Below are positions 26,301 through 38,300 of a stretch of 64,000 nt of DNA, piece by piece. This DNA is from Antedon mediterranea (taxonomy: Eukaryota; Animalia; Echinodermata): the NCBI RefSeq assembly GCF_964355755.1, contig NC_092670.1, forward strand, positions 34,336,388 to 34,400,387, read 5' to 3'. Made by a program: the position numbers and the translations under genes. Numbering within the stretch: position 1 is the stretch's first letter; every line of letters starts with the position of its first letter. The notes under the pieces are model-generated. The model was given only the letters and a program-made list of their open reading frames with translations. It ran no database searches and was not told the origin of the DNA.

Positions 26301-29300
26301 ACCCCGACGCCTCGGGCCGGGTACACAATAGTATAGATTGACTTAGTATGGTCCTGGCTTTCCAGAAATGTGCCACTTGCCCCGGCCCAGTGCGGGCAAG
26401 TACGTGTTTAAAAGCAATTTCAAATGCGTATTTTTAGCATTAAATTTACTAAGAATTAATAGCACCACATTTAAAGTGGCCATATGACCACACCCCGACG
26501 CCTCGGGCCGGGAACACAATAGTATAGATTAACGTAGTATGGTCCTGGCATTCCAGAAATATGCCACTTGCCCCGGCCCAGTGCGGGCAAGTACGGATTT
26601 TAAAGCAATTTAAAATGCGTATTTTTAGCATTAATTTAGTAAACACGACTTTTAAAGTGGCCATATGACCACACCCCGACGCCTCGGGCCGGGTACACAA
26701 TAGTATAGATTGACGTAGTATGGTCCCGGCTTTCCAGAAATGTGCCACTTGCCCCGGCCCAGTGCGGGCAAGTACGGATTTTAAAGCAATTTAAAATGCG
26801 TGTTTTTAGTGTTATTTTACTAAGTATTAATAGCACCAATTTTAAAGTGGCAATATGACCACACCCCGACGCCTCGGGCCGGGTACACAATAGTATGGAT
26901 TGACGTAGAATGGTCCGGACATTTCAGAAATGTGCCACTTGCCCCGGCCCAGTGCGGGCAAGTACGTGTTTTAAAGCAATTTAAAATGCGTATTTTTAGT
27001 GTTATTTTACTAAATATTAATAGCACCACATTTAAAGTGGCCATATGACCACACCCCGACGCCTCGGGCCGGGAACACAATAGTATAGATTAACGTAGTA
27101 TGGTCCTGGCATTCCAGAAATATGCCACTTGCCCCGGCCCAGTGCGGGCAAGTACGGATTTTAAAGCAATTTAAAATGCGTATTTTTAGCATTAATTTAG
27201 TAAACACGACTTTTAAAGTGGCCATATGACCACACCCCGACGCCTCGGGCCGGGTACACAATAGTATAGATTGACGTAGTATGGTCCTGGCTTTCCAGAA
27301 ATGTGCCACTTGCCCCGGCCCAGTGCGGGCAAGTGCGGATTTTAAAGCAATTTAAAATGCGTGTTTTTAGTGTTATTTTACTAAGTATTAATAGCACCAA
27401 TTTTAAAGTGGCAATATGACCACACCCCGACGCCTCGGGCCGGGTACACAATAGTATGGATTGACGTAGAATGGTCCGGAAATTTCAGAAATGTGCCACT
27501 TGCCCCGGCCCAGTGCGGGCAAGTACGTGTTTTAAAGCAATTTAAAATGCGTATTTTTAGTGTTATTTTACTAAATATTAATAGCACCACATTTAAAGTG
27601 GCCATATGACCACACCCCGACGCCTCAGGCCGGGTACACAATAATATAGATTGACGTAGTATGGTCCTGGCATTCCAGAAATGTGCCACTTGCCCCGGCC
27701 CAGTGCGGGCAAGTACGGGTTTTAAAGCAATTTAAAATGCGTATTTTTAGTGTTATTTTACTAAGTATTAATAGCACCACTTTTAAAGTGGCAATATGAC
27801 CACACCCCGACGCCTCGGGCCGGGTACACAATAGTATAGATTGACGTAGTATGGTCCTGGCTTTCCAGAAATGTGCCACTTGCCCCGGCCCAGTGCGTGC
27901 AAGTACGTGTTTTAAGCAATTTTTTAATGCGTATTTTTAGCAAAAATTTACTAAGAATTAATAGCACCACTTTTAAAGTGGCCATATGACCACACCCCGA
28001 CGCCTCGGGTCGGGTTCACAATAGTATAGATTGATGTAGAATGGTCCTGGCATTCCATAAATGTGCCACTTGCCCCGGCCCAGTACGGGCAAGTAAGTGT
28101 TTAAAAGCAATTTCAAATGCGTATTTTTAGCATTAATTTACTAAGAATTAATAGCACCACATTTAAAGTGGCCATATGACCACACCCCGACGCCTCGGGC
28201 CGGGAACACAATAGTATAGATTGACGTAGTATGGTCCTGGCATTCCAGAAATATGCCACTTGCCCCGGCCCAGTGCGAGCAAGTACGGATTTTAAAGGAA
28301 TTTAAAATGCGTATTTTTAGCATTAATTTAGTAAACACCACTTTTAAAGTGGCCATATGACCACACCCCGACGCCTCGGGCCGGGTACACAATAGTATAG
28401 ATTGACGTAGTATGGTCCTGGCTTTCCAGAAATGTGCCACTTGCCCCGGCCCAGTGCGGGCAAGTACGTGTTTAAAAGCAATTTCAAATGCGTATTTTTA
28501 GCATTAATTTACTAAGAATTAATAGCACCACATTTAAAGTGGCCATATGACCACACCCCGACGCCTCGGGCCGGGAACACAATAGTATAGATTGACGTAG
28601 TATGGTCCTGGCATTCCAGAAATATGCCACTTGCCCCGGCCCAGTGCGGGCAAGTACGGATTTTAAAGCAATTTAAAATGCGTATTTTTAGCATTAATTT
28701 AGTAAACACCACTTTTAAAGTGGCCATATGACCACACCCCGACGCCTCGGGCCGGGTACACAATAGTATAGATTGACGTCGTATGGTCCTGGCTTTCCAG
28801 AAATGTGCCACTTGGCCCGGCCCAGTGCGGGCAAGTACGGATTTTAAAGCAATATAAAATGCGTATTTTTAGTGTTATTTTACTAAGTATTAATAGCACC
28901 ACTTTTAAAGTGGCAATATGACCACACCCCGACGCCTCGGGCCGGGTTCACAATAGTATGGATTGACGTAGAAAGGTCCAGACTTTCTAGAAATGTGCCA
29001 CTTGCCTCGGCCCAGTGCGGGCAAGTACGGATTTTAAAGCAATTTAAAATGCGTATTTTTAGTGTTATTTTACTAAGTATTAATAGCACCACTTTTAAAG
29101 TGCAATATGACCACACCCCGACGCCTCGGGCCGGGTTCACAATAGTATGGATTGACGTAGAAAGGTCCAGACTTTCTAGAAATGTGCCACTTGCCCCGGC
29201 CCAGTGCGGGCAAGTACGTGTTTTAAAGCAATTTAAAATGTGTATTTTTAGTCTTATTTTACTAAGTATTAATAGCACCACTTTTAAAGTGGCCATATGA

Positions 29301-32300
29301 CCACACCCCGACGCCTCGGGCCAGGTACACAATAATATAGATTGACGTAATTTGGTCCTGGCATTCCAGAAATGTGCCACTTGCCCCGGCCCAGTGCGGG
29401 CAAGTACGGGTTTTAAAGCAATTTAAAATGCGTATTTTTAGTGTTATTTTACTAAGTATTAAAAGCACCACTTTTAAAGTGGCAATATGACCACACACCG
29501 ACGCCTCGGGTCGGGTTCACGATAGTATAGATTGACGTAGTATGGTCCTGGCATTCAAGAAATGTACCACTTGCCCCGGCCCAGTGCGGGCAAGTACGTG
29601 TTTTAAAGCAATTTAAAATGCGTATTTTTAGCATTAATTTAGTAAACACCACTTTTAAAGTGGCCATATGACCACACCCCAACGCCTCAGGTCGGGTACA
29701 CAATAGTATAGATTGACGTAGTATGGTCCTGGCATTCCAGAAATGTACCACTTGCCCCGGCCCAGTGCGGGCAAGTACGGATTTTAAAGCAATTTAAAAT
29801 GCGTATTTTTAGCATTAATTTAGTAAACACCACTTTTAAAGTGGCCATATGACCACACCCCGACGCCTCGGGCCGGGTACACAATAGTATAGATTGACGT
29901 CGTATGGTCCTGGCTTTCCAGAAATGTGCCACTTGGCCCGGCCCAGTGCGGGCAAGTACGGATTTTAAAGCAATATAAAATGCGTATTTTTAGTGTTATT
30001 TTACTAAGTATTAATAGCACCACTTTTAAAGTGGCAATATGACCACACCCCGACGCCTCGGGCCGGGTTCACAATAGTATGGATTGACGTAGAAAGGTCC
30101 AGACTTTCTAGAAATGTGCCACTTGCCCCGGCCCAGTGCGGGCAAGTACGTGTTTTAAAGCAATTTAAAATGTGTATTTTTAGTCTTATTTTACTAAGTA
30201 TTAATAGCACCACTTTTATAGTGGCCATATGACCACACCCCGACGCCTCGGGCCGGGTACACAATAGTATAGATTGACGTCGTATGGTCCTGGCTTTCCA
30301 GAAATGTGCCACTTGCCTCGGCCCAGTGCGGGCAAGTACGGATTTTAAAGCAATTTAAAATGCGTATTTTTAGTGTTATTTTACTAAGTATTAATAGCAC
30401 CACTTTTAAAGTGCAATATGACCACACCCCGACGCCTCGGGCCGGGTTCACAATAGTATGGATTGACGTAGAAAGGTCCAGACTTTCTAGAAATGTGCCA
30501 CTTGCCCCGGCCCAGTGCGGGCAAGTACGTGTTTTAAAGCAATTTAAAATGTGTATTTTTAGTCTTATTTTACTAAGTATTAATAGCACCACTTTTAAAG
30601 TGGCCATATGACCACACCCCGACGCCTCGGGCCGGGTACACAATAATATAGATTGACGTAATTTGGTCCTGGCATTCCAGAAATGTGCCACTTGCCCCGG
30701 CCCAGTGCGGGCAAGTACGGGTTTTAAAGCAATTTAAAATGCGTATTTTTAGTGTTATTTTACTAAGTATTAAAAGCACCACTTTTAAAGTGGCAATATG
30801 ACCACACACCGACGCCTCGGGTCGGGTTCACGATAGTATAGATTGACGTAGTATGGTCCTGGCATTCAAGAAATGTACCACTTGCCCCGGCCCAGTGCGG
30901 GCAAGTACGTGTTTTAAAGCAATTTAAAATGCGTATTTTTAGCATTAATTTAGTAAACACCACTTTCAAAGTGGCCATATGACCACACCCCAACGCCTCA
31001 GGTCGGGTACACAATAGTATAGATTGACGTAGTATGGTCCTGGCATTCCAGAAATGTACCACTTGCCCCGGCCCAGTGCGGGCAAGTACGTGTTTAAAAG
31101 CAATTTCAAATGTGTATTTTTAGCATTAATTTACTAAGAATTAATAGCACCACTTTTAAAGTGGCCATATGATCACACCCCAACGCCTCGGGCCGGGAAC
31201 ACAATAGTATAGATTGACGTAGTATGGTCCTGGCATTCCAGAAATATGCCACTTGCCCCGGCCCAGTGCGGGCAAGTACGGATTTTAAAGCAATTTAAAA
31301 TGCGTATTTTTAGCATTAATTTAGTAAACACCACTTTTAAAGTGGCCATATGACCACACCCCGACGCCTCGGGCCGGGTACACAATAGTATAGATTGACG
31401 TCGTATGGTCCTGGCTTTCCAGAAATGTGCCACTTGGCCCGGCCCAGTGCGGGCAAGTACGGATTTTAAAGCAATATAAAATGCGTATTTTTAGTGTTAT
31501 TTTACTAAGTATTAATAGCACCACTTTTAAAGTGGCAATATGACCACACCCCGACGCCTCGGGCCGGGTTCACAATAGTATGGATTGACGTAGAAAGGTC
31601 CAGACTTTCTAGAAATGTGCCACTTGCCCCGGCCCAGTGCGGGCAAGTACGTGTTTTAAAGCAATTTAAAATGTGTATTTTTAGTCTTATTTTACTAAGT
31701 ATTAATAGCACCACTTTTAAAGTGGCCATATGACCACACCCCGACGCCTCGGGCCGGGTACACAATAGTATAGATTGACGTCGTATGGTCCTGGCTTTCC
31801 AGAAATGTGCCACTTGCCCCGGCCCAGTGCGGGCAAGTACGGGTTTTAAAGCAATTTAAAATGCGTATTTTTAGTGTTATTTTACTAAGTATTAAAAGCA
31901 CCACTTTTAAAGTGGCAATATGACCACACACCGACGCCTCGGGTCGGGTTAGGGATAGTATAGATTGACGTAGTATGGTCCTGGCATTCAAGAAATGTAC
32001 CACTTGCTCCGGCCCAGTGCGGGCAAGTACGTGTTTTAAAGCAATTTAAAATGCGTATTTTTAGCATTAATTTAGTAAACACCACTTTTAAAGTGGCCAT
32101 ATGACCACACCCCAACGCCTCAGGTCGGGTACACAATAGTATAGATTGACGTAGTATGGTCCTGGCATTCCAGAAATGTACCACTTGCCCCGGCCCAGTG
32201 CGGGCAAGTACGTGTTTAAAAGCAATTTCAAATGTGTATTTTTAGCATTAATTTACTAAGAATTAATAGCACCACATTTAAAGTGGCCATATGACCACAC

Positions 32301-33119
32301 CCCGACGCCTCGGGCCGGGTACACAATAGTATAGATTGACGTAGTATGGTCCTGGCTTTCCAGAAATGTGCCACTTGCCCCGGCCCAGTGCGGGCAAGTA
32401 CGGATTTTAAAGCAATTTAAAATGCGTATTTTTAGCATTAATTTAGTAAACACCACTTTTAAAGTGGCCATATGACCACACCCCGACGCCTCAGGTCGGG
32501 TTCACAATAGTATAGATTGATGTAGAATGGTCCTGGCATTCCATAAATGTTCCACTTGCCCCGGCCCAGTGCGGGCAAGTACGTGTTTAAAAGCAATTTC
32601 AAATGCGTATTTTTAGCATTAATTTACTAAGAATTAATAGCACCACATTTAAAGTGGCCATATGACCACACCCCGACGCCTCGGGCCGGGAACACAATAG
32701 TATAGATTGACGTAGTATGGTCCTGGCATTCCAGAAATATGCCACTTGACCCGGCCCAGTGCGGGCAAGTACGGATTTTAAAGCAATTTAAAATGCGTAT
32801 TTTTAGCATTAATTTAGTAAACACCACTTTTAAAGTGGCCATATGACCACACCCCGACGCCTCGGGCCGGGTACACAATAGTATAGATTGACGTCGTATG
32901 GTCCTGGCTTTCCAGAAATGTGCCACTTGCCCCGGCCCAGTGCGGGCAAGTACGGATTTTAAAGCAATTTAAAATGCGTATTTTTTGTGTTATTTTACTA
33001 AGTATTAATAGCACCACTTTTAAAGTGGCAATATGACCACACCCCGACGCCTCGGGCCGGGTTCACAATAGTATGGATTGACGTAGAAAGGTCCAGACTT
33101 TCTAGAAATGTGCCACTTG
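17352..33119 (+). repeat. Tandem satellite array, left arm: about 85 monomers of 181 or 190 bp
   Basis: Monomer GACCACACCCCGACGCCTCGGGCCGGGTACACAATAGTATAGATTGACGTAGTATGGTCCTGGCATTCCAGAAATGTGCCACTTGCCCCGGCCCAGTGCGGGCAAGTAC... The length variants differ by 9 bp (TTTAGTAAACACC versus TTTACTAAGWATTAATAGCACC). ORF-track offsets of 181 and 190 confirm the period. Confidence 0.97.
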
Positions 33120-34735
33120 GTCATATGGCCACTTTAAAAGTGGTGTTTACTAAATTAATGCTAAAAATACGCATTTTAAATTGCTTTAAAACACGTACTT
33201 GCCCGCACTGGGCCGGGGCAAGTGGCACATTTCTGGAATGTCAGGACCATTCTACGTCAATCCATACTATTGTGAACCCGGCCGCCCGAGGCGTCGGGGT
33301 GTGGTCATATGGCCACTTTAAAAGTGGTGTTTACTAAATTAATGCTAAAAATACGCATTTTAAATTGCTTTAAAACACGTACTTGCCCGCACTGAGCCGA
33401 GGCAAGTGGAACATTTCTGGAATGCCAGGACCATTCTACGTCAATCTATACTATCGTGAACCCGGCCCGAGGCGTCGGGGTGTGGTCATATTGCCACTTT
33501 GAAAGTGGTGCTATTAATACTTAGAAAAAAAAAACTAAATATACGCATTTTAAATTGCTTTAAAACACGTACTTGCCCGCACTTGGCCGGGGCAAGTAGC
33601 ACATTTATGGAATGCCAGGACCATACTACGTCAATCTATACTATTGTGTACCCGGCCCGAGGCGTCGGGGTGTGGTCATATGGCCACTTTAAAAGTGGTG
33701 TTTACTAAATTAATGCTAAAAATTCGCATTTTAAATTGCTTTAAAATCCGTACTTGCCCGCACTGGGCCGGGGCAAGTGGCATATTTCTGGAATGCCAGG
33801 ACCATACTACGTCAATCTATACTATTGTGTTCCCGGCCCGAGGCGTCGGGGTGTGGTCATATGGCCACTTTAAAAGTGGTGTTTACTAAATTAATGCTAA
33901 AAATACGCATTTTAAATTGCTTTAAAACACGTACTTGCCCGCACTGGTCCGGGGCAAGTGGCACATTTCTGGAATGTCAGGACCATTCTACGTCAATCCA
34001 TACTATTGTGAACCCGGCCCGAGGCGTCGGGGTGTGGTCATATTGCAACTTTAAAAGTAGTGCTGTTAATACTTAGTAAAAAAACACTAAATATACGCAT
34101 TTTAAATGGCTTTAAAACACGTACTTGCCCGAACTGGGCCGGGGCAATTGGCACATTTCTGGAATGCCAGGACAATACTACGTCAATCTATACTATTGTG
34201 TACCCGGCCCGAGGCGTCGGGGTGTGGTCATATGGCCACTTTAAAAGTGGTGTTTACTAAATTAATGCTAAAAATACGCATTTTAAATTGCTTTAAAACA
34301 CGTACTTGCCCGCACTGGGCCGGGGCAAGTGGCATATTTCTGGAATGCCAGGACCATTCTACGTCAATCTATACTATCGTGAACCCGGCCCGAGGCGTCG
34401 GGGTGTGGTCATATGGCCACTTTAAAAGTGGTGCTATTAATTCTTAGGAAATTATTGGTAAAAATACTCTTTGAAATTGCTTTAAAACACGTACTTGCCC
34501 GCACTGCTGGGCCGTGGCAGGTGGCACATTTATGGTATGTCAGGACCATTCTACATCAATCTATACTATTGTGAACCCGGCCCGAGGCGTCGGGGTGTGG
34601 TCATATTTCCACTTTAAAAGTGGTGCTATTAATACTTAGTAAAAAACACTAAAAATACGCATTTTAAATTGCTTTAAAATCCGTACTTGCCCGCACTGGG
34701 CCGGGGCAAGTGGCACATTTCTGGAATGCCAGGAA
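33118..34735 (-). repeat. Same satellite inverted, right arm: about 9 monomers
   Basis: From 33118 the sequence is the reverse complement of the monomer (GGTCATATGGCCACTTTAAAAGTGGTG...), and the repeat-derived ORFs switch from the - to the + strand here. Confidence 0.95.
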
Positions 34736-35320
34736 GCGTTGGTATGGTCGTAATATCGGAACTAAAAAATTGTAAATCTGTGATAAAATAGGTACATCTA
34801 CACTAGGTCTACTTTGGTACGAATTTGGGCCAGCCGGTCGGCCGCGGCCTAGCGAACGTCGAATAAGGAACCAACTTCACGAATGAATGTCGAATAGGGA
34901 ATAAGTGAATAAGTAACAGCAGGAGATTGGTTGGTGGCGCACGGCATATTTACCGCTGGGAAATTATCATTTTCGAAATTTTGGCCTAGCCTAGCGAATG
35001 TCGAACGTCGAATAAGGAACCAACTTCCATTGACGAATGTCGAATAAGGAATAAGTAACCAACTTCACGGCGCTTTATAACTTAATAATATTATTAATGA
35101 TAATATTGATGGTTTTTTTTTTATTAATTTTTAATTTTATGCACATTTAATTTATGTATTTTTTGTTAAAATGACAGTTTTTCTCTGTAATATGGTTCAT
35201 TCAGTGTTGTATGTTATTGCGTTTTTAAGCATCCGGAAACCAAATGTCATGTTTGCCTATGCTTGTGTTCATGACAATAAAGAATTTATCTTAATTTTAT
35301 TTGTAGTGAATAGAGAAATA

Positions 35321-38300
35321 ATGTCTCAATTCCTTGGAACCAAGCAGACAAGCCAGGCAATACACCATGTTAATAACAGCATAATGTTGTCCAATCATAC
35401 AACACCTGCTACTGTTAACACAGTGTTGCCAGGACAGGCAACACCAGACAACAACAGTTCAGTGTTGCAAGGTCCGACCGAGATGGCTGCGGCAGCCACT
35501 CGGCCTGCTGCGAGTCCAACAAGTTTGAGCACCAACCTCACAGAAGCAAGCAAAGATGTTGTTGTTAGTTTCTTTTATTTAAAAAATTCCAAATTAGGCT
35601 TCAAACAATTTAAAGTGCTTTTTACATTATATAAATACTGGATTTAAGAATATTTGTTATTTTGCACAGTTGAATTGCAATAGAATCTATGTTTTTTTTT
35701 ACATGGACTCTCGCATTGTTTTAAATTAGTTTTCATGCTTTTTTTATAGGTTCCAACTGAGATGGGTCCTCAGATGGCAAACCCCAAAGAGAAGACGCCT
35801 ATGTGCCTTCTAAACGAACTAGCCCGCTTTAACCGGCTTCAACCAAAGTACGAACTAACAGACCAAACAGGACCTCCACACTTAAAAGTCTTCAGAGTAC
35901 AACTATGTCTTGGTGATAAGAAATATGAAGCCACTGGTTCAAGTATTAAAAAAGCTCAGCACGAAGCAGCCAAACAAGCTTTGATGGAATCAACTCTTCC
36001 GAAACCATTGCCCAGACCGCCTTCCTCGCGCCCTCACAAGTTCAATCCAAACCCGGATGCGTTGACTGCCACCGTGTTACTGAATGGATACAGCATGAAG
36101 AAAGGTGTACCCATTAATTATTCAACTGTGCCATCCACGCAAATCGATGGCGGTGGCGGTGTTCAATCACATGTCTATCCATATACACCTTCGCATCATC
36201 AGCAGCAGGTGTACTATTCCAGCTATCGTCATCCACATCCACGCGGTGTATACAGGTACGGCAGAATTTTATTGATTTATTTGACCAATACTTAATAACA
36301 GAACAAATAAAAACAAAAGGTCAAGGAAAAAAAGTGACAAAGGTAACTATATAAGCAGGGTTTTTGTTAGCGATTATTGAAGACCATTTGGTTCCCACCG
36401 TATAAGAAAGTCTCTACCCTAGGCCCAGTTTTAACACAGCACCTACCTAAGAAACTTCTAAATACCTGACAAAATTGTTTTTTCCACCCCACTTTTTACT
36501 TTGTGAGATCAAAACCCAATTCTCTTATTACATCCCTAGCTGCTTAAATGACAAATTATCTTTTTGTGTTTTTGTGGTAAATGTATAATTTTTATTCATA
36601 AATTATATCAGTTTCTATGAAATTATTTAAAATAAAATTTTCAGGCATCCTCCACGCACATTTAGCGTTGTTTTAAACATAGCCAGTAAAGAATATACTG
36701 GAGAGGGCCGAAACATGAAAGAAGCCAAACAGAATGCTGCTACCAAGGCCTTGCATGACCTTAAAGAAGCTGGAGAAGATGTCACAACTCTTACTAAAGA
36801 CCAGGTAATTGATATGAATTCTGGGCCCATTGTCATGGCTGTTACAGTGGCGTGGGGAAACTAAGAGTGTAGGCAGCAACAACCTCTTCCTAAAGCTCTG
36901 TCTACACCATCAAACTGTATGTGACAAATAAATGTTATATGGCAATAATGGACATGATGACGTCATAACACTACCATATTTGGGCTTTACGTACATACGT
37001 CCAGTTTTGGAATGTGCGTGTCCCTTGTGGCATAGCTCATTAACCAATATCCAATGTTTTAGAATTTAAAAGGTACAGAAGAGAGCTCTAAGATGTATTT
37101 ACGGTGCTAATTACATCAGTTATGAAAATGTTTTATCCATGTCTGGATTATGTTCCCTTGAAGCCAGAAGAGATAACCTGATGATGAAGTTTGGGAATGG
37201 GCTACTACTCTCTAAACTGTTTTTATGAATAAATACCTACATATATATCACTACCATATTTGGGCATATCACACTAGTTTGATAGTGTAGACAGCTTAAC
37301 AGGCTTTTACATGAAAGGACAACATCTAGCCAAGTAGCACTCCAACTTACCTAATGTTGTTTATCATGTTTTATAGGCTACAAGCACGGCATCCTGTGAT
37401 GTGCAGACTGAAACAGCTGTTGGTAAGACTATGTCAACTTAGTAAAACAATGTAGATAAATAGTGAGGAGCCTAGTACAAAAGAATTTTAACGTACCACA
37501 AATGGCGAAACTTGTTATTACCATTGTAGTAGTTAAGGAGCAGACACAGTGTATTTGAAACAAATTGTGGGAGCCACTCAATTAATTTCACCTCAAACTA
37601 TATAACATGTCCACATACTGCTGAATTTATTGATTGTGGCCACAGCATGTAAAGTCACATAAATGAATAGCTGTATATACTGAGCATCTGACCAATTATG
37701 GTATTAATTATAAATTCCAATCACTCAACCTGTAGCCAAGGAGTTTGTAGGGTTCGAAAAAAAATCCCTTTTGCTTTAATTAAGTGCCATTTTCAAACTA
37801 GAGACGAGCAGTGAAAGTTTTAGTAAATAGGCCTAACTTATGACAATGTTATGGCCAATTCTACCTAGCCAGCCGGCAAATTATATCCATCTACTAGGTG
37901 TAGGCCTAAATATCTTTCCCCTTTTTGTGTAAAAACGGGCTACAGGCTTGTTACTGTGATAAATTTTTATCCTTTTTAGAATTAATGTTACTTTTGGTGT
38001 TTTTTTTTTTTAGCTTCATGTGAAGTAGCTGAACCAGGGAAGTCTGAGATCAGTCTAGTCTATGAACTTGCTCACCCACATAATCTCAATGTACAGTTTG
38101 AAGTAAGTTATCATTGTTGACATATTTAAACATTTATTGGAATAGCCACCCTAGGGGGTTTATTGTTCGAAAGGGTTTTAGGATGGGAATTGGCTCACAG
38201 TAATTGAAAGCTCTTGGTTTGACAATAAGAGTTCATTCAGACTTTACAATTTACACATGTAAAGGTCACGTGTGGTGTAAATTTTAAGATAAATCAGCTG

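Larger units (their letters stand above)
17022..35074. mobile_element. Giant (18,053 bp) non-autonomous foldback (FB/MULE-like) transposon filled with satellite DNA
   Basis: TIRs at 17022-17351 and 34736-35074 (AGCGCCGTGAAGTTGG.../...CCAACTTCACGGCGCT) differ, as far as I can see, only by a 1-bp and an 8-bp indel. A 9-bp TSD TTATAACTT lies at 17013-17021 and 35075-35083. No transposase ORF is present. Confidence 0.92.

Noticed and set aside
17305-34447. Dozens of near-identical 60-165 aa ORFs (MAHFWKARTILRQSILLCTRPE...) that look like a tandem gene family
   Set aside because: They are translations of the satellite. The 181/190-bp period shifts frame every unit, starts are mostly GTG/TTG, there is no splice or domain evidence, and they flip strand at the inversion.
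17352-34735. CRISPR-like array
   Set aside because: Whole monomers are repeated with no unique spacers, the context is eukaryotic, and there are no cas genes.
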